64,000 bases of DNA from Spartobacteria bacterium (GTDB lineage Bacteria; Verrucomicrobiota; Verrucomicrobiia; Chthoniobacterales; UBA6821): assembly GCA_947487385.1 (NCBI GenBank), contig CANKWU010000006.1, positions 24,274-88,273 on the forward strand, written 5' to 3'. Position numbers and translations under genes: made by a program. Each line of letters begins with the position of its first letter. The first letter of the stretch is position 1. Shown piece by piece: positions 49,847 through 60,571 of the stretch. Under the pieces are notes generated by a model. That model was given only the letters and a program-made list of their open reading frames with translations, ran no database searches and was not told the DNA's origin.

Positions 49847-50302
49847 ATGGCAACCGACAATCCTGTCACACATCAACTGGGAGAACATACTGCCCGGAGC
49901 GTTCAGGAAACGGCGGCTATTGCCGTAGAACTCCTGCCGCTGATGCTGAAGTCAGGCGTGGTCAGTCTGGAGGGACCGCTCGGTGCCGGGAAAACCCATT
50001 TCGTCAAAGCAACGGCCCTCGCCATGGGCATCACAGAGGATGTGACCAGCCCAACCTTTACCCTGCTTCAGAGCTATGGATCGGGTGAAAACCGCCTGCA
50101 TCACTCGGACTGGTACAGGCTGGAATCCGAGGACGAGGTGCTAGCCCTTGGACTGGAAGATTACTATCATGACGGGCTGGTGTTCATCGAGTGGGGAGAC
50201 AAGTTTGCCTCCATACTCCCTCCCCGGACGCTAAGGATCCGGATCGAACCGAGGCTTGAGGGAACGAAAGAAGTCCGATCGTTCTGCTGGAACGTAATCT
50301 GA
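49847..50302 (+). CDS. tsaE: t6A biosynthesis ATPase TsaE
   Basis: GPLGAGKT, VTSPTFTL, HSDWYRL, IEW. Confidence 0.93.
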   Translation: MATDNPVTHQLGEHTARSVQETAAIAVELLPLMLKSGVVSLEGPLGAGKTHFVKATALAMGITEDVTSPTFTLLQSYGSGENRLHHSDWYRLESEDEVLALGLEDYYHDGLVFIEWGDKFASILPPRTLRIRIEPRLEGTKEVRSFCWNVI

Positions 50303-50303
50303 A

Positions 50304-50936
50304 ATGACAATGAAGATCCTTTCCCTGGACTCCTCCTCACCAGTCGCCTCGGTTGCCTCTGTTTCCTTCACAGAGGGAAGGATGGATGTTCTCTTTCAAA
50401 AACAGACTCCCCATGCACGATCCGACTCATCAGCTCTTTTCGAGGGGTTACGGGATGCCGTGGATACATGCGGCATTCCTGATGCCCTCTGCGTGGGACT
50501 GGGTCCTGGATCGTACAATGGACTGCGCGCGGGAATTGCAGCCGCAAGAGCATTCGCCACGGCGCGAAATCTTCCTCTCCAAGCCATCCCCTCACCCCTT
50601 GCATTGCTTGGGCCTGATGAGGGATTCTGGGTTGTCGGTGATGCACGGGGTGGCCATTACTGGATAGCCCGGATTCAGAGAGGGTCGTTCGTCGAAGAAC
50701 CCCAACTTCTTTCTCCTTCGGAGACGCTACATCATCTGAGATCCTATGCAGATCTTCCCATATTAGGATCGGCAGCATTGCCGGAAATCATCGATCTTGT
50801 GATATCAACCCCGAGTGCCGTGCGACTTGCAATTCTTGCCGAAAAGAACGATCCCTCTTTTCTCGTATCGGACACTCCCGAACCGATTTATCTGAAGTCT
50901 CCCCATATCACTTTGCCAAGAGTCAACTTATCATGA
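50304..50936 (+). CDS. tsaB: t6A biosynthesis protein TsaB
   Basis: ILSLDSS, GLGPGSYNGLR, DARGG, PIYL. Confidence 0.9.
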   Translation: MTMKILSLDSSSPVASVASVSFTEGRMDVLFQKQTPHARSDSSALFEGLRDAVDTCGIPDALCVGLGPGSYNGLRAGIAAARAFATARNLPLQAIPSPLALLGPDEGFWVVGDARGGHYWIARIQRGSFVEEPQLLSPSETLHHLRSYADLPILGSAALPEIIDLVISTPSAVRLAILAEKNDPSFLVSDTPEPIYLKSPHITLPRVNLS

Positions 50937-52870
50937 GCGCCCGGAACTTTCTTCTTTCCGTTCTTGGGTTTTTTTTCCTCGCTTTCACGGCAGCGGCTCA
51001 GATGAACAATGGGACGAACGCTCCCATCGATGAGAATCCCAAGCCGACTTGGGAAACCCAGAAGCAGGCGCGGACCTTCCAGCTCGGAATTCCCGCTCCC
51101 AGAGGACAGATCACCGACAGGAACGGCTACCCACTTGCTCAGAATCGCCTTAGTTATAATCTGGCGCTACAATTTCCCACTCCTCTCGACTGGAGCGAAG
51201 TCAAGGTCCTGGCCTTTGCCCGCCAACACATCACGTTCGCCAAGGGGTTCCTCGGACGCCAGATCTCCCTATCTGATCAAGCTATCCTGAATCATTATTA
51301 TAACCGTGGACTCCTGCCCCTGACTCTGCTCGAGGATCTGCAACCCGAGGAACTCGCCGCCGCCAGACGCGGCCTCACCAGTGCCCTGGTGCTCCAGCAA
51401 GTCTACGCACGCATTTACCCCAATGGACAACTTGCTTCCCACATCATCGGCTATACCGGCAAGGAGGCTCCACTTTCCATCCGTCCGATCGAGAACAAGG
51501 ATCTCATCTTCACCGAAAGCGAGGGTCGCGAGGGCATTGAGCAAACCTTCGACTACCAGCTCAAGGGCCACCCTGGCAGCATCCATGTCACCTACAATGC
51601 CGAAGGTCGCAAGACCTCGGAGAGGATCGCCCAACCTCCCGTTCCAGGCGACAATGTGATCACGACCATTGATCAGAATCTGCAACGCATTTGCGAAAAA
51701 GTCCTCAGTGAAAACTGCAAACGCGGCGCCATCGTGGTCATCGATCCTTGGACGGGTGAAATCCATGCCATGGCCTCCTGGCCCGAATACAATCCGAACC
51801 ACTTCGTTCCCATTCTGAATCCCGCGATCTACAAACAACTCAGCGAAGATCCTTCCACTCCCCTGCTCCCCCGAGCCTATCGATCCGCTTACCCCCCCGG
51901 CTCCACCTTCAAGACCTTTGTCGCACTCTCCGGATTCCAGTCCGGAAAGCTTACCGCCAAGGATATCTACAGCGGCCCTACTGCAATCGACATAGGCAAC
52001 TTCACCTTCCACAACTGGAAGAAGACCGATGCCGGACGTCTTAACTTCGTCGAGGCACTCACCCAGTCATGCAACACATGGTTCATTCAGGCCGGCATCA
52101 AGATCGGCGCACAAAACATCATCACCTGGACCGAACGTTTGGGACTTGGCAAGAAAACCAGTATTCCGCTCAAAGCCGAATCCGGCGGCATCATTCCCAC
52201 TGATGAATACATGCTTCGCACCCAAGGGAGGAAGATCCTCAAAGGCGATGTCGCCAACATGAGCATCGGCCAGGGGGCTATCGTCATCACTCCTCTCCAA
52301 ATGGCCCAGGCTTACGGGGTCATCGCCACTGGGGGACAATTCCACCAGACACGTCTCGTGAAGCAGATCCAGGGCATCGATAATAAAGTGGTATCCGCCT
52401 ACCCTGACCGTCTTCGAGACAATCTCCAGATCAAGCCCGAGGATATGGAGACTCTTAAAAAAGCTCTCGTGGCCGTGACCGAAGATGGACAAGGGACAGC
52501 CCATCACGCGCAAGTAAAGGGATACCATGTCGCCGGAAAGACTGGTACCGCACAATGGGGCGGAGGAGGGAACAAGGAGAAGCAGCGGACCGCCGCATGG
52601 TTTGCGGGATTTGTTCCCGCCGAGAATCCCCAGTATGCCTTTGCTGCCGTCTACGAAGGCGAGCCTGGGGATAATAATGTTCACGGAGGCAGTCATGCCG
52701 CTCCTCTCATTGGAAAAGTCCTCCAAGAAGTCTATGGCTCCAAAGAGGATAAGGAGAAGGAGAAGGACACCAAGGCAACTTCCACGGACTCTTCAAACCA
52801 GACTGATAAGACCGAGAAACCCGAGAAATCAAAAGATCAGGATCAACCCACAATGGATCAGTCGAACTAG
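50933..52870 (+). CDS. mrdA: Class B penicillin-binding protein 2
   Basis: PAPRGQITDRNG, catalytic STFK, SCN, KTGT. Confidence 0.9.
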   Translation: MSARNFLLSVLGFFFLAFTAAAQMNNGTNAPIDENPKPTWETQKQARTFQLGIPAPRGQITDRNGYPLAQNRLSYNLALQFPTPLDWSEVKVLAFARQHITFAKGFLGRQISLSDQAILNHYYNRGLLPLTLLEDLQPEELAAARRGLTSALVLQQVYARIYPNGQLASHIIGYTGKEAPLSIRPIENKDLIFTESEGREGIEQTFDYQLKGHPGSIHVTYNAEGRKTSERIAQPPVPGDNVITTIDQNLQRICEKVLSENCKRGAIVVIDPWTGEIHAMASWPEYNPNHFVPILNPAIYKQLSEDPSTPLLPRAYRSAYPPGSTFKTFVALSGFQSGKLTAKDIYSGPTAIDIGNFTFHNWKKTDAGRLNFVEALTQSCNTWFIQAGIKIGAQNIITWTERLGLGKKTSIPLKAESGGIIPTDEYMLRTQGRKILKGDVANMSIGQGAIVITPLQMAQAYGVIATGGQFHQTRLVKQIQGIDNKVVSAYPDRLRDNLQIKPEDMETLKKALVAVTEDGQGTAHHAQVKGYHVAGKTGTAQWGGGGNKEKQRTAAWFAGFVPAENPQYAFAAVYEGEPGDNNVHGGSHAAPLIGKVLQEVYGSKEDKEKEKDTKATSTDSSNQTDKTEKPEKSKDQDQPTMDQSN

Positions 52871-53166
<296 letters not shown>

Positions 53167-53345
53167 TCACGCCAGAAAACGCATCCTCAAAATCTCCCTC
53201 TTCCCCAAAAAACGCCCTTGGCTCGACGGTCTCTTTTCTCAAGCTGACTCCCAGGCACCTCCATTTACCCAGTTTTCAAACATCTAATGCAATTTTTGTA
53301 TTAAAAACAGAAAGAGGGCTGGCAAATCAATCCTTTTAATTAGAA

Positions 53346-54059
53346 TCATTCTAATATGACTCTAAGATTTTCGGGCATATGCCCCTCGTAAAGCGCGCGA
53401 CCAATAATCGCCCCGTGAATCCCGGGAATCTTAGCGAGTTGACGCAGATCCTCAGGTCCGGAGACTCCTCCACTGGCAATCAGGTCACAGGAAACGGTGA
53501 CAGCCATCTCATGCATAGCGGCAAGGTTTGGCCCCTGCAGCATGCCATCGGTGGCGATATCAGTATAAATGATTGTCCGGATACCGACATTCAGAGCTTC
53601 GCGAGCCAGATCAAGCGCACTGAGTCCCATCGTCTCGACCCATCCTTTGACGGCAACCTTCCCATCCTTGGCATCAATGCCCACGGCAAGTCGAGCAGGT
53701 CCAAAGGAAACCGCTGCTTCAGCCAGGAAACCAGGCTCCGCTGCCTTGGTGCCAATGATGACCCGGCGGACACCAGTATCTAGGCCCACCTCAATCGAAC
53801 CGGCATCACGCATCCCACCACCGAGTTCGCAGGGAACGGAGACAGCCTTGGTGATCTCACGGATGACGTCCAGGTTCCGACTTTTCCCCTCAAAGGCAGC
53901 ATCCAGATCGACAAGATGGATCCAATCCGCACCGGCAGCCTCCCACTTCAGTGCCATGGCGACAGGATCGTCACTATAGACGGTTTTTTTTGCGGCGAGG
54001 CCGCGTTCCAGGCGGACAACCTGACCACCCATGATGTCAATTGCGGGATAAAGGAGCAT
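53346..54059 (-). CDS. hisA: ProFAR isomerase HisA
   Basis: YPAIDI.GGQVVRL, HLVDLD, LGGGMR, YTDIATDGML.GPN, ASGGV. Confidence 0.95.
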   Translation of the reverse strand: MLLYPAIDIMGGQVVRLERGLAAKKTVYSDDPVAMALKWEAAGADWIHLVDLDAAFEGKSRNLDVIREITKAVSVPCELGGGMRDAGSIEVGLDTGVRRVIIGTKAAEPGFLAEAAVSFGPARLAVGIDAKDGKVAVKGWVETMGLSALDLAREALNVGIRTIIYTDIATDGMLQGPNLAAMHEMAVTVSCDLIASGGVSGPEDLRQLAKIPGIHGAIIGRALYEGHMPENLRVILE

Positions 54060-54115
54060 TTTGGCTAAAGGTAAAAGGGAGAATGAAAAATAGAGAAATA
54101 ATGAGATCGTTTATT

Positions 54116-54745
54116 CTACTTCAACGAAGAGATGAAGTTACGGAGCATCTCGAGACCGACAGCCTGGCTCTTTTCGGGATGGAACTGTACAGCGCTCAGG
54201 TTGCCCTTGGTAACACTCGCAGCGAATTCGACACCATAGTCGCAGGTCGAGGTGATGACCGTATCATCCTCGGGAACCGGGTAGTAGGAATGGACAAAAT
54301 AGAAATCGGGATTCTCTGCAAGACCTGTCATCAGGCAATCGGAGGGCTTGCGGATGTTCAGCTGATTCCATCCCATGTGTGGGATTTTTATTCCCGAGGA
54401 CTTGGGAAAATGGACAACCTTTCCATGCAGAGCCCCGAACCCCTCGACTCCGGGTGATTCCTCGCTCGAGTCAAAGAGAAGCTGGTAGCCCAGGCAGATG
54501 CCGAGGTATGGCTTATCGGCACCGATCCAATCTTTGATGACTTCCCAGAGACCAGCCTCTCGGAGCTGGCGTGCACAATCCCCGAAGGATCCAACGCCGG
54601 GTACTACAAGGCCAGCACATCCTGCCGTGTCAGCCTTGCTCAAGACATGAATGCAATCCGCGCCGGCATGCTCGATGGCACGCTGGACACTGCGGAGATT
54701 GCCGCTTCCATAGTCGACGAGACCCAGCAAGGCTTTCTTACTCAC
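54116..54745 (-). CDS. hisH: Imidazole glycerol phosphate synthase subunit HisH
   Basis: DYGSGNL, PGVG, GICLG, PHMGWN, YFVHSY, QFHPEKS. Confidence 0.96.
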   Translation of the reverse strand: MSKKALLGLVDYGSGNLRSVQRAIEHAGADCIHVLSKADTAGCAGLVVPGVGSFGDCARQLREAGLWEVIKDWIGADKPYLGICLGYQLLFDSSEESPGVEGFGALHGKVVHFPKSSGIKIPHMGWNQLNIRKPSDCLMTGLAENPDFYFVHSYYPVPEDDTVITSTCDYGVEFAASVTKGNLSAVQFHPEKSQAVGLEMLRNFISSLK

Positions 54746-55338
54746 AGCACACCCTTGGTGCTGGGTATTCCCTTCACCCGATTATCAAAGGAGACAGCGA
54801 CATCAAGGGCGCGTCCCAGTGCCTTGAAGATCGCCTCAGCCATGTGATGGGCATCCCGGCCGGCCAGGATGGAGACATGGAGCGTCAGGCCGGCCTGCAC
54901 GCTGAATGCGCGAAGGAACTCCTCGACGAGTTGAAAGGGAAAAAGCCCTATCGCCTCCACCCCGCGGGGAGCATCATAGGCAAGGTAGGGACGACCGCTG
55001 CAATCCACCACAACACGGGCCAGAGCCTCATCCATCGGGACATAAGCACTCCCGTAACGTCGGATTCCAGACTTGTCACCGAGCGCCTTCATAAAAGCAG
55101 AGCCTAACGCCAGTCCCACATCCTCGACGGTGTGATGATAGTCGACCTCAATATCCCCCTTCGCCTCAACATCCAGATCGAGGAGACCATGACGGGAAAA
55201 GAGCGTCAGCATGTGGTCGAAAAACGGAATGCCCGTGCGGATGGATGATTTGCCTTCACCATCAAGCGTGATGCGTAGGGTAATTTCTGTTTCGCTGGTT
55301 TTACGATTGAGAGATGCAGAGCGTGCGGTGTCGGTCAT
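54742..55338 (-). CDS. hisB: Imidazoleglycerol-phosphate dehydratase
   Basis: RKTSET, FFDHML, DYHHTVED, PMDEAL, HHMAEAIFKA, PSTKG. Confidence 0.97.
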   Translation of the reverse strand: MTDTARSASLNRKTSETEITLRITLDGEGKSSIRTGIPFFDHMLTLFSRHGLLDLDVEAKGDIEVDYHHTVEDVGLALGSAFMKALGDKSGIRRYGSAYVPMDEALARVVVDCSGRPYLAYDAPRGVEAIGLFPFQLVEEFLRAFSVQAGLTLHVSILAGRDAHHMAEAIFKALGRALDVAVSFDNRVKGIPSTKGVL

Positions 55339-56510
55339 GGCTTAACAGGAGCAACTGATGTCGGTGAGGGCAACGGTTTTTGGGGAGCAGCCGCAGCAGC
55401 AGCTGCTGCAGCACTTTGAGATTTGGTTAGATTTTCCAACTGAAGCTTCAGCCTAGCGTTCTCGATATTAGCCGGCCATAGGCTTTGGGATTGCGTCAAC
55501 TGATCCTGCGCTTCCTTGAGCTTACCCTCGGAGGCTAGTCTGGCACACTCATTTGCGGCGGCCATCCCCTCAGTCATTGGGATTTTCTGAAGGGTGGTAA
55601 GTCGGGTTTTTTCCGCCGTGATCAACATCTGGAGGGCATCCATAGAGTCCTTACTGTTCTGGAAGATCGGGAAGAACTTGGACCCATCAGCGGTTGCAGT
55701 CGCCATGGAGTTGCTCGCGGCAACCTTCTCGTTCTGCAGAGCGTTATTGATCTCCCTAGCCTGGTCCGCAGGTGTGAGCAAGATGGCTTGTTGACGACGC
55801 TTCTCGAAAATTTCGAAGTTGATCTTGGCAAGGGATAGTCTGCCCTGAAATTGATCGAGCTGGCTCTGGGCCAGCATGATGGCGTCGGACATGATCTCAG
55901 AACCTGGAAATTCCTTTTCTAGCAGTTCGAAGGACTGAAGAGACCCCGTGCAATCGTTAGCCTTGGCCAACTCGATCATCGCTGCGTACTTGATCTTCGC
56001 ACCCGATTGATAAGGGTTGGCTTCTATCTGTTCGGCGGTGATCCATACCCCATTGATCCGGCGGTCTCCACGGCGGAAACGCGTTCGATCTGCATTGAGG
56101 GAACGAAGGCTCTCACGGAGACCGGAAAGATGCTTGGAATAGGGATAACGATGTAGAAATTCAGGAATCTTCTTATCGATGAGCTGGTCATAGAACGCTG
56201 AATCCAGAACAGTATCGGGCGTTGCTAGGCTACCGATCGACTGGAAGGCCTTCTCGTCAGCTGGAGTCGAGACAATGTGAGCGATTCTCTCACGGGAGAA
56301 GGACTTCTGATCCTTGATGGTCGGCGTGACATTAAATTCGATCAGAACGGAATCTGATGTCTCGCTCAGGATCTCTCCTTTGATTTCCTTTCCATCTTTA
56401 AAAGTGAGAACATCGGCTTCCAAGGGCTCCACCATGGTCGAAACAACGAGCAAGAGGAAAAAAAGTACTGAAACAGTGTGATGCATGGAGGGTCTGTAAG
56501 ATAACTGCAT
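55335..56510 (-). CDS. Secreted hypothetical protein (resembles the verrucomicrobial PTPDL family)
   Basis: Signal peptide, DVLTFKDGKEIKGEILSE beta domain, LATPD, helical/TPR-like body, poly-Ala/Pro tail; family assignment from memory only. Confidence 0.65.
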   Translation of the reverse strand: MQLSYRPSMHHTVSVLFFLLLVVSTMVEPLEADVLTFKDGKEIKGEILSETSDSVLIEFNVTPTIKDQKSFSRERIAHIVSTPADEKAFQSIGSLATPDTVLDSAFYDQLIDKKIPEFLHRYPYSKHLSGLRESLRSLNADRTRFRRGDRRINGVWITAEQIEANPYQSGAKIKYAAMIELAKANDCTGSLQSFELLEKEFPGSEIMSDAIMLAQSQLDQFQGRLSLAKINFEIFEKRRQQAILLTPADQAREINNALQNEKVAASNSMATATADGSKFFPIFQNSKDSMDALQMLITAEKTRLTTLQKIPMTEGMAAANECARLASEGKLKEAQDQLTQSQSLWPANIENARLKLQLENLTKSQSAAAAAAAAAPQKPLPSPTSVAPVKP

Positions 56511-56514
56511 TTTC

Positions 56515-57315
56515 TCAGAAAACCATCTCCAGTTTCAACTTTTTGACCATTGTCACAAGGAAACGTTCCTGAGCTTGGACACGTCTGTCCAGCGAGTCCT
56601 CGGAGGGAGTTTCCAAGGTGAAGGTCCTTGCCGCATGCTGAAAGTGCAGAAGAAACGCCTCGGGATGCCCCTTCATTAGATCCGGGGTGATGCGGCGTCG
56701 GATCAACCCTTTTCGGGCGGAGTGTCCATCGATCTTGGGTCGGGGATCAGGGGCAATCACAGAGGTGAGTTCGCCACAGAGTGATTCTCCCCAGTGAGGA
56801 CGCTTTGCAGCCACTTCATAAAGATAAAATCCTCTCGCATCGTAGTCCTCATGAAGCGTGGCCGCCGTATCAAAGCGTCTCCCCTTCATCAAGGCACGCT
56901 GCGCTACGATCTGCGGTACCTTTCTTGAATCATAGAATCGGTTGAGATCGCGTTTCTCGGCATCGAAACGGATATTCCTCTCCAGTCCCCACGGATTCAG
57001 GCATGGGAAGATCATCCAGTTCCAAGCTTTAAACTTCTCCAGCGATGCCTCTGCCCAGCGTACCAGACCTTCCACGGCGGCCGGTTCATCGCCATGGATG
57101 CCAGCTGACAGATATACTGAAGGCATCTTAGGGTCATGATCTTCCGAGCGCACAACGATGAGGGGATAGCCCTCTGCCTCCCCATAAACCGAAAGATCGA
57201 GTGAGGGAATCAGGTTCACGAGCCGCAGCCACCGCTCCATGAGCAAGCGGTAATCCCTGACCTGATCCGCTAAAGGAGCTGAACGCGGAACCGATTGAGC
57301 GATCGCTTTCTTCAA
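56515..57315 (-). CDS. M14 family metallopeptidase (succinylglutamate desuccinylase/aspartoacylase-like)
   Basis: LSAGIHGDEPA, NPWG, DLNR, LHED, TLETP. Confidence 0.85.
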   Translation of the reverse strand: MKKAIAQSVPRSAPLADQVRDYRLLMERWLRLVNLIPSLDLSVYGEAEGYPLIVVRSEDHDPKMPSVYLSAGIHGDEPAAVEGLVRWAEASLEKFKAWNWMIFPCLNPWGLERNIRFDAEKRDLNRFYDSRKVPQIVAQRALMKGRRFDTAATLHEDYDARGFYLYEVAAKRPHWGESLCGELTSVIAPDPRPKIDGHSARKGLIRRRITPDLMKGHPEAFLLHFQHAARTFTLETPSEDSLDRRVQAQERFLVTMVKKLKLEMVF

Positions 57316-57320
57316 TCGAA

Positions 57321-58289
57321 TTAATCGATAAAGCGCTTCTCGATTCCAGCATAGGCATCAATCCGGCGATCTCGAAGAAACGGCCAATGGGTGCGCTGGG
57401 TATCCATGAACTGACGGTCGAGATCAACCACAAGAACCATCTCCTTATCAGCTGGAGCCTCGGCGATGATCTGGCCGTTAGGCGCGGCGACAAAGGTCCC
57501 TCCCCAGAACTCCAACCCCTCCCCTCCTGCAGAAGCCACCGGATTCTCATGGCCAATACGATTCACGCCGCAGACATAACAGCCGTTGGCTAATGCATGG
57601 GCGCGCTGGGCGAGTTGCCAGGCTTCTTTTTGATTCTCACCATACTGCTTCTTCTCCGCGGGATGCCATCCTATCGCTGTCGGATAGAAGAGCACTTCAG
57701 ATCCCTGCAGGGCCGTAAGGCGCGCAGCCTCCGGATACCACTGGTCCCAGCAGATAAGAACACCCAGATCACCAGCGCTGGTCTTCCAGTTGCGAAAACC
57801 GAGATCACCCGGCGTGAAGTAAAACTTCTCGTAGAAAAGCGGATCATCGGGAATATGCATCTTCCGGTACTTGCCGAGATACTTACCGTCGGCCTCGATG
57901 ATGGCCGTCGTGTTATGATAGAGGCCCGGAGCCCGACGCTCGAAGAGGGAGGCAATGATCACCACGCCGAGTTCCTTGGCCACTTTGCCGAGCGACTTCG
58001 TGGTCGGTCCCGGGATCACTTCGGCCAGCTTGAAATAATCGTGATCCTCACTCTGGCAGAAGTACTCGCTCAGGAAGAGCTCGGGCAAGCAGACAACCTT
58101 GGCTCCATTCTTGGCAGCATCCCGGATCAGGCGGACCGCGGTCTTGAGATTCTCCGAAGGAGAGCTCACACAGCGCATCTGGACCAAGCCCACGGTGATC
58201 GAGCCTTGTGCTGAGGGATTGGAGCGGGAGGTTTTACGCGAAGCTATGGCAGCTTTTGAAGATTTGAGTGTTTTGGCTTTCTTTGGCAC
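57321..58289 (-). CDS. aguB: Carbon-nitrogen hydrolase, N-carbamoylputrescine amidase-like
   Basis: [50 protein letters not shown]. Confidence 0.88.
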   Translation of the reverse strand: MPKKAKTLKSSKAAIASRKTSRSNPSAQGSITVGLVQMRCVSSPSENLKTAVRLIRDAAKNGAKVVCLPELFLSEYFCQSEDHDYFKLAEVIPGPTTKSLGKVAKELGVVIIASLFERRAPGLYHNTTAIIEADGKYLGKYRKMHIPDDPLFYEKFYFTPGDLGFRNWKTSAGDLGVLICWDQWYPEAARLTALQGSEVLFYPTAIGWHPAEKKQYGENQKEAWQLAQRAHALANGCYVCGVNRIGHENPVASAGGEGLEFWGGTFVAAPNGQIIAEAPADKEMVLVVDLDRQFMDTQRTHWPFLRDRRIDAYAGIEKRFID

Positions 58290-58316
58290 CCCTCTCTGCT
58301 ACCCAATAGAAGCCCA

Positions 58317-58904
58317 ATGAAAAAGACACTTTTCGCCCTTTCCACTACTCTCTGCATGGCACCCGGTATCGCCGGAGCCGCCAATCCCGCCGAACCCGTT
58401 AAGGACATCCGCATTGTTCTCCACACTTCCAAGGGAGATATCCATGCGACCATGTATGCCAGCAAGGCCCCCATCACGGTTGCAAACTACCTGAATCTCG
58501 CCCGCCGCGGATTTTATGATGGCATCACCTTCCACCGGGTCATTCCTGATTTCATGATTCAGGGTGGTGATCCGACCGGAACTGGCATGGGGGGTCCCGG
58601 TTACAAATTCGCCGACGAGTTCGCTCCCGGTCTCAAGCACGACCGCGGCGGTCTCTTCTCAATGGCCAATTCCGGACCCGGCACCAACGGCAGTCAGTTT
58701 TTCATCACCCATGTCCCCACCCCTTGGCTTGATGGCAAGCATGCCATTTTCGGAGCCGTCGATGGCCCGAAGGACCAGGAAGTCGTAAACGCCATCAAAC
58801 AGGGCGACAAAATCACAGGCATCGAGATCGTGGACTCACCCGAGGCTCTCTTCGCAGCCCAAGCCGCGCAGATTGCTGTTTGGAACAAGGCGCTTTCGAA
58901 GTAA
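58317..58904 (+). CDS. Cyclophilin-type peptidyl-prolyl isomerase, secreted
   Basis: Signal peptide; [43 protein letters not shown]. Confidence 0.95.
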   Translation: MKKTLFALSTTLCMAPGIAGAANPAEPVKDIRIVLHTSKGDIHATMYASKAPITVANYLNLARRGFYDGITFHRVIPDFMIQGGDPTGTGMGGPGYKFADEFAPGLKHDRGGLFSMANSGPGTNGSQFFITHVPTPWLDGKHAIFGAVDGPKDQEVVNAIKQGDKITGIEIVDSPEALFAAQAAQIAVWNKALSK

Positions 58905-58934
58905 CGGCAAACCGGCATCTCACTTAAACTTCAG

Positions 58935-58962
58935 AAAAGGGGGCTCAGGCCCCCTTTTTTTA
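58935..58962. terminator. Bidirectional rho-independent terminator
   Basis: AAAAGGGGGC-TCAG-GCCCCCTTTTTTTT between convergent genes. Confidence 0.88.
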
Positions 58963-58966
58963 TTTC

Positions 58967-59929
58967 CTAAAACACAGCTGGCTCCCCTTCCTTGAGAATT
59001 CTGATTTTTTCATCGATCCCGAGTGACCTGGCATGACCCAGCAGGCGATCAGGCGGCTCTGCCATCGGTTCGAATCCTAGCCGGAAAGTGCCATAGTGCA
59101 TCGGAATCATGATATCCGCACCGAGGGCACTGAAGGCTCGCAAGGCCTCCTCGGGATTCATGTGGACATCACGCCCTGTCGGAGCGTCGTAGGCTCCGAT
59201 CGGGAGCAGGGCAATATCGATCTTGGAATGCCCTCCGATCTCCGAGAATCCGTCGAACCAGGCACTGTCGCCGCAGTGAAAGATCGTGCGTCCGGCATAC
59301 TTGATCAGGAATCCGCCGAAGCCACGGTGCTTGTCGTGGAGCATTCTGGCACCCCAGTGATGGGCGGGAGTGAGCGTTACCTTTAGGGAACCGAGTTCCA
59401 TGCTCTCCCAGCGCTTCAACTCCTGCACGCGGTTGAACCCAAGTCCATGGACGAGGTCGCCCACATGCTCCGGCACAACGATGGGTTGATCAGAAGCCAC
59501 GGCCCGGAGGGATTTCTTGTCGAGATGGTCGAAGTGGGCATGGCTGACAAGAACCAGATCGATTGCCGGAAGTTCATGGATCCCGAGGCCCGGCTCCTTG
59601 AGCCTCTTGATGACCTTCAGCCACTTCGCCCAATTAGGATCAATGAGGATGGAATGTTCGGGAGTCTGGATCAGGAAGGAGGCATGACCGATCCACGTAA
59701 TGGCAAGCTCTCCCTCGGCGAGTTGGGAAATCTCTGGCAGTTTTGTCTGGGAGGAAACAACTTCCCGCACCGAGAAGAGAGAGGGAATGATGACCTCTGT
59801 GAGGAAGTTGCGCTTATGCCATCCCTGCCCGAGCTTCATCGACACATGGTGTTCAGGTTTCGACTTGGCCTGCATGGCAACCTGCTTCCTAATATTTTCG
59901 GTTCCTTGCTTAAGAAGTTTTTTGACCAT
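58967..59929 (-). CDS. MBL-fold hydrolase (RomA/NAPE-PLD-like)
   Basis: TWIGHASFL, SHAHFDHLD, PAHHW, GDS, LPIGAY, HMNPEEA, PMHYGTF; start moved to avoid overlap with ygfA. Confidence 0.88.
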   Translation of the reverse strand: MVKKLLKQGTENIRKQVAMQAKSKPEHHVSMKLGQGWHKRNFLTEVIIPSLFSVREVVSSQTKLPEISQLAEGELAITWIGHASFLIQTPEHSILIDPNWAKWLKVIKRLKEPGLGIHELPAIDLVLVSHAHFDHLDKKSLRAVASDQPIVVPEHVGDLVHGLGFNRVQELKRWESMELGSLKVTLTPAHHWGARMLHDKHRGFGGFLIKYAGRTIFHCGDSAWFDGFSEIGGHSKIDIALLPIGAYDAPTGRDVHMNPEEALRAFSALGADIMIPMHYGTFRLGFEPMAEPPDRLLGHARSLGIDEKIRILKEGEPAVF

Positions 59930-59960
59930 GATCGCAACGATTGTGTCATAGAAAGGATGG

Positions 59961-60551
59961 ATGAGAACGGCCGAAAAGCAAAGGTTACGTGAGCAGATCA
60001 AAATGATCTCCAAGGAAAGCCCTTTGATTTCTGGAAGCGGGGCTCCGTTTGTAAAAAGTCTTCTCCGCTTGGATCTCTGGAAAAATTCCTCCACAATACT
60101 TCTTTATGCTCCCATTGAATGGGAGGCAGACCCTCGGGAGCTGATCAGGGCAGCGCCGGAATGTTCCTTTCTTTTCCCAAGGGTTGCGGGGGATCATTTG
60201 GAAATCCACAGGATAGGTCCAAGAAGCCGATGGACCACCGGTCCTTATGGTATCAGCGAACCGGATCCCGGAAGCTGGGATCCAGCCTCACTCTCCGAGA
60301 TCGATCTGGCCGTGGTGCCCGGCTTGGCATTCGATCCGAGCGGCGGACGTCTTGGCCGGGGGAAAGGATTCTACGATCGCCTTCTCGGACATCCAGAATT
60401 TCGGGGGGTCAAGGCGGGACTCGCCTGGGATTGGCAGATCGTGGCCGAAGTGCCCAGCGATATTGATGACATTTCCATGGACTTGGTCGTCACTCCGGGA
60501 AAGATCCATCAGTCAGGGAGCACGTTGGACAAACTCGGAGAAAGAGGATAA
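59961..60551 (+). CDS. ygfA: 5-formyltetrahydrofolate cyclo-ligase
   Basis: KQRLR, YGISEP, VPGLAFD..GGRLGRGKGFYDR. Confidence 0.92.
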   Translation: MRTAEKQRLREQIKMISKESPLISGSGAPFVKSLLRLDLWKNSSTILLYAPIEWEADPRELIRAAPECSFLFPRVAGDHLEIHRIGPRSRWTTGPYGISEPDPGSWDPASLSEIDLAVVPGLAFDPSGGRLGRGKGFYDRLLGHPEFRGVKAGLAWDWQIVAEVPSDIDDISMDLVVTPGKIHQSGSTLDKLGERG

Positions 60552-60571
60552 TTCCTAGTAAGAAATACTCG

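Noticed and set aside
59060-59090. GGTTCGAATCC tRNA T-loop-like motif
   Set aside because: It lies inside the MBL hydrolase CDS and no cloverleaf can be built.
59929-59961. 6S RNA expected upstream of ygfA
   Set aside because: Only ~30 bp separate ygfA from the divergent gene, leaving no room.
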